Part shown: positions 1 through 10,208 of the stretch, piece by piece
Position numbering within the stretch: the first letter of the stretch is position 1
How the letters are laid out: each line of letters starts with the position of its first letter
From: Candidatus Eiseniibacteriota bacterium
Lineage (GTDB): Bacteria; Eisenbacteria; RBG-16-71-46; JABDJR01
Assembly (NCBI GenBank): GCA_963762255.1
Contig: CAVXKA010000001.1
Location: forward strand, 64,001 to 128,000
Direction of reading: 5' to 3'
DNA: 64,000 nucleotides
The notes under the pieces: model-generated
Databases searched by the model: none
Seen by the model: only the letters and a program-made list of their open reading frames with translations
What the model was told of the DNA's origin: nothing
Program-made: the position numbers and the translations under genes

Positions 1-488
1 CCGAATTTCAGTTCCACTTCGAGGTCCATTCCTTTGAGTAGGTGAATTACTTCCTGAAGGTCGTCTCGCTTGGGGCCTGTCACCCGAACCTGGTCTTCCA
101 TGATCGCGGCCTGGACCCGTTTGAGCTTGGCATCCTTGATGGCCTTCACGATCTCGCGGGCAAGCTCGGAGGAGAGTCCCTGCACCAGCTCCAGCTTCTG
201 CCGGACCGTTCCCCCGGCGGCGTCCTCGATCTTCCCCGGTTTGACGTTCTTCAGAGGAACGCTGCGTCGAATCAGTTTCCCCTGCAAGACGTCCCATATC
301 GCGCTGACCTTGTAGCTGTCGGGCCCGTGGATATCGATGGTGGCGGCTTTGCGATCGAATTCGATCGAGAACTTCACCGCCTTGAAATCGTAGCGGGTGG
401 TGAGCTCCTTGAGCGTCTGGTTGACCGCGTTGTCGATCTCCTGCAGGTCGACCCCGGTGGTGACGTCGAACGATTCTTTGGATGCCAT
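1..488 (-). CDS. yajQ: YajQ family cyclic-di-GMP-binding protein (3' end runs off the window)
   Basis: Minus-strand ATG at 488 reads MASKESFDVTTGVDLQEIDNAVNQ...KRVQAAIMEDQVRVTGPKRDDLQEVI, typical YajQ motifs. Absent from the ORF track because it is open at the edge. Confidence 0.9.
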   Translation of the reverse strand, partial: MASKESFDVTTGVDLQEIDNAVNQTLKELTTRYDFKAVKFSIEFDRKAATIDIHGPDSYKVSAIWDVLQGKLIRRSVPLKNVKPGKIEDAAGGTVRQKLELVQGLSSELAREIVKAIKDAKLKRVQAAIMEDQVRVTGPKRDDLQEVIHLLKGMDLEVELKF

Positions 489-552
489 GGCAGGTAGACT
501 ACGCCAAGTGCGGCCTTGTTTCCACCGGGGGCCGCGGGGTAGGCTACGGGCC

Positions 553-2067
553 ATGAAACCCCCGTTTCGCAAGGTCCTTGTCGCCAATCGCGGCGAGATC
601 GCGGTCCGGGTGATCCGTGCCCTTCACGAGCAGGGCGTCGGCGCGGTGGCGGTGTTCAGTGAAGCAGACCGGAACTCAGTCCACGTGCGTTTCGCGGACG
701 AGGCGTACTGCATCGGGCCGCCCCCGTCCAGCGAGTCCTATCTGAACCAGGCGGTCATCCTCGAGACCGCGCTCCGGTGCGGCGCCGAGGCCATCCATCC
801 GGGCTACGGCTTCCTCTCCGAAAACGCAGGGTTCTCGCGGGCGTGCGCCGAGGCGGGGTTGGTTTTCATCGGGCCCTCGGCAGAGTCCATCGCCGCGATG
901 GGCGACAAGCTCGAAGCGCGCGCCGTGGGGCGCGCGGCCGGCATCCCCATCGTCCCGGGAAGCCCGGGGCCGGTGGCGGACCTGAGCCAGGCGTTGCAGA
1001 GCGCGGAGACGATCGGCTACCCGATCATGCTCAAGGCCTCCGCGGGGGGCGGTGGCAAGGGCATGCGGGTGGTGAGGAGCGCCAAGGATCTGGCCACCGC
1101 GTTCGCTCTCACTCGAGGAGAGGCGGAGAGCGCGTTCGGCAACGGGAAGCTCTACATCGAGAAGTTCATCGAGAAGCCTCGCCACATCGAGATCCAGGTC
1201 TTCGGCGACGGCAAAGGGAACGTGGTGCACCTGGGCGAGCGCGAGTGCTCGCTTCAGCGTCGTCATCAGAAGGTCATCGAGGAAGCGCCCTCGGTGGTGA
1301 TCGACGCCGCGAAGCGCCGCGCCATGGGCGAGGCGGCGGTGAAGCTGGCGAAGGCGGTCAACTACCGCAACGCGGGCACGGTCGAGTTCATCTACGGCGC
1401 GGACGGTGGCTTTTACTTCCTGGAGATGAATACGCGGCTCCAGGTCGAGCATCCGGTCACCGAGTTGGTCTACGGCGTCGATCTCGCCCGCGAGCAAATC
1501 CGGGTGGCGGCAGGCCTGCCGCTCTCGTTCAAGCAGGACGAACTCGTGCCCAAGGGATGGGCGATCGAGTGCCGGATCTACGCCGAGGACCCCTACAACA
1601 ACTTCTTCCCTTCGCTGGGGCGCATCACCCGGCTGCGTCTGGCCTCCGGTCCGGGGGTGCGTAACGACTTCGGGATCCTCCAGGGATACGAAGTCTCCCG
1701 CTTCTACGATCCGATGCTGGGCAAGCTCGTCGTGCACGGGGCCGACCGCGAGGAGGCGCGCCGCCGGATGCTGCGCGCGCTGCGAGAGACGGTGGTCGAA
1801 GGGGTGCGCACGAACATCCCCTTTCATCGCTGGATGCTGGCCCGCGAGGAGTTCATCCGCGGCGATTTCGATACCAGCTTCATCGAGAGCATGTTCACTG
1901 GGGTCGAGCGGTCGACGGATCCTGCGGCCGAGCGCGCCGCCGTCATCGCCGCGGTGATCGCCACCCATGTCGAGGAGCAGCGGGTTCGCCCGCCGGCGGC
2001 GGGTGACAGCGGGATGGACCCGTGGCGGCTCATGGGTCGTCCCGGCGCCACGAACCGAGGCCGCTGA
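553..2067 (+). CDS. accC: Acetyl/propionyl-CoA carboxylase, biotin carboxylase subunit
   Basis: KVLVANRGEIAVR, HPGYGFLSEN, GGGGKGM, ERECSLQRRHQK and EMNTRLQVEHPVTE motifs. Confidence 0.95.
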   Translation: MKPPFRKVLVANRGEIAVRVIRALHEQGVGAVAVFSEADRNSVHVRFADEAYCIGPPPSSESYLNQAVILETALRCGAEAIHPGYGFLSENAGFSRACAEAGLVFIGPSAESIAAMGDKLEARAVGRAAGIPIVPGSPGPVADLSQALQSAETIGYPIMLKASAGGGGKGMRVVRSAKDLATAFALTRGEAESAFGNGKLYIEKFIEKPRHIEIQVFGDGKGNVVHLGERECSLQRRHQKVIEEAPSVVIDAAKRRAMGEAAVKLAKAVNYRNAGTVEFIYGADGGFYFLEMNTRLQVEHPVTELVYGVDLAREQIRVAAGLPLSFKQDELVPKGWAIECRIYAEDPYNNFFPSLGRITRLRLASGPGVRNDFGILQGYEVSRFYDPMLGKLVVHGADREEARRRMLRALRETVVEGVRTNIPFHRWMLAREEFIRGDFDTSFIESMFTGVERSTDPAAERAAVIAAVIATHVEEQRVRPPAAGDSGMDPWRLMGRPGATNRGR

Positions 2068-2587
2068 TGTCGACACGCTACATCGTCCACCTGGGTGACC
2101 GGCAGCAGACGGTATCCATCACCAAGGAAGGGAACGGCTACCGCGTGGAGATCGACGGCGAGGCGATCGCGGTCGACAGTCTCTCCGTGCCGGGGAGCCC
2201 CACGCGCTCGCTCCTCATCGAAGGGCGTTCCTTCGAGGCGGCCACCATGCCGTCGCGAGACGGTCTCGACGTATACGTTTCCGGCGACGTGTTTCACGTC
2301 CGGGTCACGGACGAATTGTGGGCGCGCGCCGAGAGCGCCGCGCACGGCGCCATCTCCGGCGAGGAGGTGGCCTCCCCCATGCCCGGCTCCGTGGTGCGCA
2401 TCTCGGTGGAGATGGGCCAGGTGGTGGAGGCGGGCCAGACCGTGGCGGTGGTCGAAGCCATGAAGATGCAGAACGATCTTGCCGCGGTGCGCGGAGGCAA
2501 GGTCGAGCAGATCCGTGTGAAGGCCGGCGATATCGTGGAGCAGGGAACGGTGCTGGTGGTGCTCGGGGCCGCAGCGGCGGAGGCGTG

Positions 2588-2588
<1 letters not shown>
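2067..2588 (+). CDS. Biotin carboxyl carrier protein (acyl-CoA carboxylase)
   Basis: SPMPG...EAMKM biotinylation motif; TGATG overlap with the upstream gene. Confidence 0.92.
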
Positions 2589-4342
<1,754 letters not shown>

Positions 4343-4367
4343 GAAGTTCGGCTCGCGGAGGATTCAG

Positions 4368-4571
4368 ATGCCGATCCAGAGATTCCGCAGTCATGACGAG
4401 GCCCGGCGGGCACTCTGGACGGACTCGTCCGATCCGGCGCTCCCCATGCGGATGAGACGGTTGTGGGCTTTCATGGATAGGCTGTGCCGCCGCCGGCCAC
4501 CACGGGGAGTGCAGAGGTTCAAATCCATCGAGGAGGCCAATCTCGAACGCGCGTCGTGGCCCTACGATTGA
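4368..4571 (+). CDS. Small hypothetical protein with duplicated (I/V)QRF(R/K)SxxEA motif; probable partner of the nucleotidyltransferase remnant
   Basis: MPIQRFRSHDEARRALW...PPRGVQRFKSIEEANLERASW; internal repeat; start abuts the NTase remnant. Confidence 0.55.
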   Translation: MPIQRFRSHDEARRALWTDSSDPALPMRMRRLWAFMDRLCRRRPPRGVQRFKSIEEANLERASWPYD

Positions 4572-4805
4572 GGCCCGAGCCGGTTTCGAGTGGATAGGAA
4601 TTGTGCATTGCCCCCCTGGACTCGCGGGGTTGCGCCTCGCGGTCAGATCGTTGAGATGCGCGCGAGCAGTCAGTCCGTGGTCAAGAACGAGGGGGCGCCA
4701 GCGTACGTCTCCCTCCCCACGTGTTCGGCGCGGTTTCCTCAAACGAACACGGGGGCCGACCCATCTCCGGGCCAGCCCCGTGTGCAATCCGTGACCGCCC
4801 GTCGG

Positions 4806-5789
4806 CTAGTAGAGCGTCTTGATCCGACCCCAAGTGGTCGTCTCCACGGAGACCGGTACTTCGCCGAACTTCTGGATGCGGTTGTTGTCGTGTCCGCGAC
4901 GTAGATGTTGCCCGCCGCGTCCGTCGCCACTCCGCGGGGACGACCGAACTGCCCGTTGCCGCTGCCGAATGACCCCCACTGGGTCAGGTACGCGCCCGTG
5001 CCGTGAACTTCTGGATGCGGTTGTTGCCCAAGTCCGCGACATAGACGTCACCCGCGGCGTCCGTCGCCACTCCGACGGGACTGGTTGAACTGCCCGTTGC
5101 CGCTGCCCGGCGAGCCCCACTGGGTGAGGTAGGCGCCCGTGCTCGTGAACTTCTGGATGCGCGAGTTGCCCGCGTCCGCGACGTAGACGTCGCCGGCTGC
5201 GTCCGTCGCCACTCCGTAAGGGTAGTTGAACTGCCCGTTGCCGCTGCCGAGCGAACCCCACTGGGTAAGGTAGCCGCCCGTACTCGTGAACTTCTGGATG
5301 CGGTTGTTGCCGGGATCCGCGACATAGACGTTGCCCGCGGCGTCCGTCGCCACTCCGCAGGGATAGATGAACTGCCCGCTGCCGGTGCCGTATGACCCCC
5401 ACTGGGTGAGGTAGCCGCCGGTACTCGTGAACTTCTGGATGCGGTTGTTGTCCTTGTCCGCAACGTAGACGTTGCCCGCGGCGTCCGTCGCCACCCCGTA
5501 GGGGTACGTTGAACTGCCCGTTGCCGGTGCCGAACGAGCCCCACTGGGTGAGGTAGGCGCCGGTGCTCGTGAACTTCTGGATGCGGTGGTTGGAGGTGTC
5601 CGCGACGTAGACGTTGCCCGCGGCGTCCGTCGCCACTCCGCAGGGATAGCTAAACTGCCCGTTGCCGCTGCCGGACGCCCCCCACTGGGTGAGGTAGGTC
5701 GGAGGTTGTGCTCCAACTGCCGCCGGCAGGATGGATGCGAAACCGAGAAGCGCGAGCGTGATCCCAAAGCGTTGGAGCCAGGAAGTCAT
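4806..5789 (-). CDS. Secreted NHL-repeat 6-bladed beta-propeller protein with C-terminal TWGRIKTLY tail (frameshifted)
   Basis: Signal peptide MTSWLQRFGITLALLGFASILPAAVGA; six ~47-aa repeats TQWGSxGxGNGQFxYPxGVATDAAGNVYVADxxNxRIQKF spread over three frames. Confidence 0.88.
   Translation of the reverse strand: MTSWLQRFGITLALLGFASILPAAVGAQPPTYLTQWGASGSGNGQFSYPCGVATDAAGNVYVADTSNHRIQKFTSTGAYLTQWGSFGTGNGQFNVPLRGGDGRRGQRLRCGQGQQPHPEVHEYRRLPHPVGVIRHRQRAVHLSLRSGDGRRGQRLCRGSRQQPHPEVHEYGRLPYPVGFARQRQRAVQLPLRSGDGRSRRRLRRGRGQLAHPEVHEHGRLPHPVGLAGQRQRAVQPVPSEWRRTPRVTSMSRTWATTASRSSRHGRVPDPVGVIRQRQRAVRSSPRSGDGRGGQHLRRGHDNNRIQKFGEVPVSVETTTWGRIKTLY
4865..5700. repeat. Six tandem ~141-bp repeats encoding NHL blades
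   Basis: The ccactgggt anchor recurs near 4976, 5117, 5258, 5399, 5541 and 5682; gaacttctggatgcg recurs with the same period. Confidence 0.9.
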
Positions 5790-5858
5790 GGGGGTATCTC
5801 CTTGATGGTTGCTTGTTCCAAGATCCTGGACGGGTCAGGGACGGGCACCCCGTGCCAA

Positions 5859-6601
5859 TTAGTAGAGCGTCTTGATCCGGCCCCAAGTGGAATCTTGCGT
5901 CGGTACCGGCTGCTGGGGAAAAGCGTCCTGGAAGGTCGTTCCGACACCCAGGTCATCGATGTCGAACTTCCACGCCACCCCGGTCCCGGTGTTGCTCTCC
6001 CGCAAGGCGAAGGCCGAGACATCGACGGGCGTGGCGGCGGGCTCATACAACGACATGTAGCTGCTCGACTCGTTGACTGGGTCCACCCACACTGAAACCG
6101 TCTGGGCCGCCGCGTCATACTTCGTGACGATCGTGTACCACGAGTTGTAGCTGCGGAGACCCTGAGTGTTGCTGGGTGTGTCCCGGCCACCGAAACCCCA
6201 AAGTAGAATGTGGTAGTCGAGGAGCCCGCCCCCATGACCCAGATCTTGGCTCGGGCGTTGGACGTGCCGGTGTCCTTCATGTGGGCGAAGTAGTTTCTCC
6301 TCGGCACGCCGCTGACCGGCTGCAAGATTCTGACCCTGAAGCTGGAGTAGGTCACGCCGGTCAGTCCTTGGGCAGGGAACGCAAGTTCGTCGGCGCGGAC
6401 TTGGTTCATGTCACCCTCAGCATAGTTGCCGATGACCTGAATATCCGTGCCGATGCCGCTGGACGTGGCCCACCCCCCATTCGGGACCAAGTTGCCGTTG
6501 AGGTAGCTGAACGGTTCACTCACGAAGTTGGTCGCGAGGGCGGGCGACGCAAGGATCGCCGCACTGCTGAGCGCTAGGAGCGCGTGAACAGTCTTATGCA
6601 T
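5859..6601 (-). CDS. Secreted beta-sandwich-like hypothetical protein with C-terminal STWGRIKTLY tail (frameshift near 6150)
   Basis: RBS gaggag; signal peptide MHKTVHALLALSSAAILASPALA; continues in a second frame as NSWYTIVTKYDAAAQTVSVWVDP...IDDLGVGTTF...QDSTWGRIKTLY. Confidence 0.8.
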
Positions 6602-7098
6602 CGTAGGGTCTCCTCTTGGTGCTTGGATCGGCCAGCGGACTCTGAAGCGGCGGACGACGCCTGACTCAGAAACGAAAGCGTGATCCCCAAGCGTCGTAGC
6701 CGGGAAGTCATGCGGTATCTCCTGGTTTGTCCGGCCTCGGGAAGGAAACATGAAACCGGTCAAGAACGATCAACACAGTAGCTTATATAAAGACTAACCA
6801 TGATATACATTATTCATAAGAGACTAGATCTGTACGCTTTGTCGGTCGCATCCAGACCACAGCGTAACCAGCACTATCACTGCACGTTACCCAAACCGGA
6901 GCGTCCAGCGAGAGGCGTCCGTTCCCCTTGACCCCATCGGGCTTCGGCTCCCCAATGTGGTCTGGAAGCTCTTCGGGGGCATCCGAACCCTGACGTAATA
7001 CGACTAGAATAGTTGCAGTCAACGTCCTCCACGGGGCAGCTCAGCGAGCGGAACCCCGTCTCTCGTGCAATCACCCAATGCGATCGGAGGGTCCGGCG

Positions 7099-7728
7099 AT
7101 GAGTTCTCTGCTACCGGCTTCCACCATCCAGCGCCTCGTTCGGCATCTCGGCGTAATGGCCCTCGTTCTTCTCGGCACGATTGCCCTGCCCGTTGCGTCT
7201 GGAGCCCAGCCATGTCCCCTCCCGCCGCAGTACACCAACAGCGCCAGCGTGATGGTAGGTGACGTTCGATTCATCCTCGCCACGGAGACCTACCTGTACG
7301 CCGTCGGCGATCCGGTCAGCATCATCATGACCGTGGAGAACACCGGCTCCGGTTCAGTGACCATTCCGAATCCCTCGATGATCTCGCCGCTTCAGGCGCT
7401 GTGGGTAGTTGCCGATACGTGCGCTACCTTTTACGTGGACGACTGCCCCTCCGTCTCGCCGTTCGCTTGGCCTCAGAGCCACTACTACTTCGGCGTGTCG
7501 ATCGTTCTCGCTCCCGGCGAATGCCGCACCTACACGCAGACCTGGAACGGTGTGCCATGGCAGGGCGGGACTACACAGCCGGGTCCTTATGCCGTTCTTG
7601 GCGGCATGAGCAGGGGGTCGACACTATTCATGCCCCAAGGCGGTGTCCGGCTTCCGATCCTGGTCGGCATACAGGGTGTTCCTACGGACCAGCGTACCTG
7701 GGGAGCGATCAAAGCGCTGTACCGGTAG
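7099..7728 (+). CDS. Secreted Ig-like/BsuPI-like domain protein with C-terminal TWGAIKALYR tail
   Basis: RBS ggagg; signal peptide; YAVGDPVSIIMTVENTG...LAPGECRTYTQTWNG...PGPY pattern; ends VPTDQRTWGAIKALYR. Confidence 0.8.
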   Translation: MSSLLPASTIQRLVRHLGVMALVLLGTIALPVASGAQPCPLPPQYTNSASVMVGDVRFILATETYLYAVGDPVSIIMTVENTGSGSVTIPNPSMISPLQALWVVADTCATFYVDDCPSVSPFAWPQSHYYFGVSIVLAPGECRTYTQTWNGVPWQGGTTQPGPYAVLGGMSRGSTLFMPQGGVRLPILVGIQGVPTDQRTWGAIKALYR

Positions 7729-7744
7729 CCAGTCTCGGCTGCAG

Positions 7745-7975
7745 TCAGTCCGATCCACCCAGGGTCCAGACCTCGCGTCCGCTCTTGAGATGCTTCTTAT
7801 GGATACTCACGTCGTCGGCCCCCTCCGCCTCGGCAATCGAGCGGAGTTCGGCGATGTCTTCGGGACTGCCGTCGCAGAATCCTATCGGACGCGGATTATT
7901 GGGCAGTTGGAGCTGGACTTTGAACTCGCCACGGTCCCATCGAGTCTGAGTCGCATTGTTGTAGGGGTAGATCAT
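7745..7975 (-). CDS. Small hypothetical protein (76 aa)
   Basis: Compact ORF with natural composition filling the gap between two genes (MIYPYNNATQTRWDRGEFKV...). Confidence 0.6.
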   Translation of the reverse strand: MIYPYNNATQTRWDRGEFKVQLQLPNNPRPIGFCDGSPEDIAELRSIAEAEGADDVSIHKKHLKSGREVWTLGGSD

Positions 7976-8007
7976 GATGTTGCAGAGTCTAAGCGACCCG
8001 CCCCGGC

Positions 8008-9179
8008 CTAGCTGGTGAATTCCACGCGCACTCCGCGCTTCGCGTGCCGGGCCAGCGTGGCGGCGTCCCAGTTCGTTAGGCGGATGCAGCCGTGGGACGC
8101 CGCGTAACCGATCGTCTGCGGGGTGGCCGTGCCGTGGATCCCGTAGTTCTCCTTCGAGAGCTGCATCCAGACCACGCCCACCGGTGAGTTGGGGCCGGCC
8201 GGCAAATTGGCTTCCGGCTCGTCGTCCGACACGTCGGCGAACAGTTTCGGCTGATAGTGGAACGTGGGATTCCGCGCGATGCCGATGATCCGGAGGTTAC
8301 CCTCGGGTGAGGGGTCGTACTTGGACCCCAGCGTCGACGGAAAGTGGAAGAGAATGCTTCCATCGCTATCGATGGCATGGGCATAGAAGCCCCGGCGCGA
8401 CACGATGATCCGGTCGATGACGCGGGTGGAATCGACCGCTCCCTCCGCCGTCCAACCCGGGTCGACATTGGGGACGAGCAGATCCTCCCCGCCGTCAGGC
8501 TCCCGGCGTGGATGCCGGAATTGAGTGAGGTCAGGAACTCCGGTGTCGTGTGGAATTTCTCGCCAATGGCCTCGAGAAGCGACTCGTAACACAGGCAGGA
8601 CTGCCTGGCCTTGTCGTACATGTCCTTGCCGAGCGGCACGAACTTCTGATCCGCGTCGGCGGCCGTCACCCGGTAGGGGACGACCGGCTCCCATTGCGCT
8701 GCCAACCGTTCGAGAAGCCGACTCGTCTCCGGATCGAGATCGCCCGTCGGCTTCAAGCCGTACGCGTCCTGGAACCAGTAGAGCGCCTTGGCCGTGTTCT
8801 TCCCCCCCGGCCGTCTATGACCCCCGGCGAAAAATGAAGCCGATCCAGCCACACCTGGAGCGTCAACGCCGGCAGACTGTCAGACGGCGCGCCGGTCCGC
8901 GGTGACGAGTCGACCGGTATCGCCCGGGCACGTCCCGCAGCCCGCTTCGTCAATTCGTACCGCGCCGCCGCCCGCCACGAGGTATCCCCGCGCGCCGCCT
9001 CGAGGGCAGCCGCATCGTATACATCCACATCGATCATCGGAGCGGACGCATCGATCGGCAATGTGTCGCCGGGAGCCGGCGTCAGAATTCGATGCCGCAT
9101 TCGAGCGGGTGTCCCGCCGTTCGCATCCGACGGCTCCGAGGACCACCAGCCCGAGCAAGAATATTGCATTCCGTCCCAT
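8008..9179 (-). CDS. L,D-transpeptidase (YkuD) lipoprotein with peptidoglycan-binding domain (frameshifted)
   Basis: Lipobox-like LGAVGC; LQVWLDRLHFSPGVIDG..GKNTAKALYWFQDAYGLKPTG PG-binding segment; catalytic YGIHGT...SHGCIRL. Confidence 0.88.
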
Positions 9180-9428
9180 GCTACGCATATAAGCTCCTCC
9201 ATCAAGTCGACAGTTCAAGAGTGTACTCTGGTCCGATCTGCGCGGTTACGATCGGCACAGGTGGCCGGACCGGCGGTTTTCGAGCGGGCGGGAATTGCGC
9301 GCTGTGCCTGATTGTGGCAATAAACTTGATTCCTACCCGGCAAATCTGATAATTTCTCACGCTTGGCGGCCTGCCAGAGCCTCGGCCAGGCCGAAGTGAG
9401 ACTCCATCTAAACCATGAGGAGACCCCC

Positions 9429-10105
9429 ATGCATCGTAGATTACCAATGCTCTTGTCCACGCTCACTGCGCTGGCGCTCTGCCTCGGTTTCGCGCCCTCC
9501 CCCGCCAGCGCAAGCGGTGAAGAGATCGCCAACTTCTTCATTACACCCGGCGGGGAAATCACCCGGCTCGAGCCGATGTCGACCACTGCGGAGACCGACA
9601 TCTTCCTCAACGAGGATACCGACTTCGCGCTCGGTTTCGTCGCGCAGCAGGGCGAGGAATGGGCCGAGGACATCCACGGGACTGCCTCCGGTCCACTCGT
9701 GGGATTCGGAGTGGGATTCGTCGGTAACGCGCCGGACTCGTTCGACGTCACCGTCACTCTGTACGAGTGGTCCGACGACGCCGTGGCGCCGGGCACCGTC
9801 ATCTTGGGTCCCTGGGTCTTCCGGGTCGCCTCGACCACCATCGGCATCGGAGTCAGCTTCGGGGAGGCCCGGTGGTCGGCCCCGATCTCTGGATGGGTGT
9901 CTCCTTCAGCGACCCGAGTGTTGGCATGTGGCTCCACGACACGCCCCAGATCGGCACGAGCGACGACCTCTACTGGAACATCACGACGGGAGCGCAGGAG
10001 AGCTTCGTGGGCGGCCCCGTTGCGAACTTCGTCACGCGGGTGACTGTGGATCTTCCAACCCCGGTCGAGTCGACGACATGGGGCAAGGTCAAGAGCCAAT
10101 ACTGA
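9429..10105 (+). CDS. Secreted hypothetical protein with C-terminal TTWGKVKSQY tail (frameshift near 9850)
   Basis: RBS gaggag; signal peptide MHRRLPMLLSTLTALALCLGFAPSPASA; second frame ends PQIGTSDDLYW...FVGGPVANF...TPVESTTWGKVKSQY. Confidence 0.8.
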
Positions 10106-10148
10106 GGTCCTGGTCGTGTGACCCGGCGAAGTCGAGTCCGGCAAACCG

Positions 10149-10186
10149 AGGGGAGGAACGCGAGGGCGTTCCTCCCCTTTGTCTTG
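10149..10186 (+). terminator. Intrinsic terminator hairpin between convergent genes
   Basis: 13-bp stem aggggaggaacgc / gcgttcctcccct with a gagg loop, followed by a T-rich tail. Confidence 0.75.
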
Positions 10187-10208
10187 TCTGTGTAGGGCGG
10201 GCGGGCCG

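Noticed and set aside
4865-5700. Regular ~141-bp repeats as a CRISPR array or DGR
   Set aside because: The repeats are contiguous and codon-phased and encode NHL blades; there are no unique spacers, cas genes or reverse transcriptase nearby.
6760-6835. AT-rich patch as an att site or origin
   Set aside because: It lies between divergent genes and is adequately explained as promoter DNA; no integrase, iterons or DnaA-box cluster seen.
9314-9330. TGGCAATAAACTTGAT as a sigma-54 promoter for the 9429 gene
   Set aside because: The -12 element lacks the conserved GC, so it is too weak to call.
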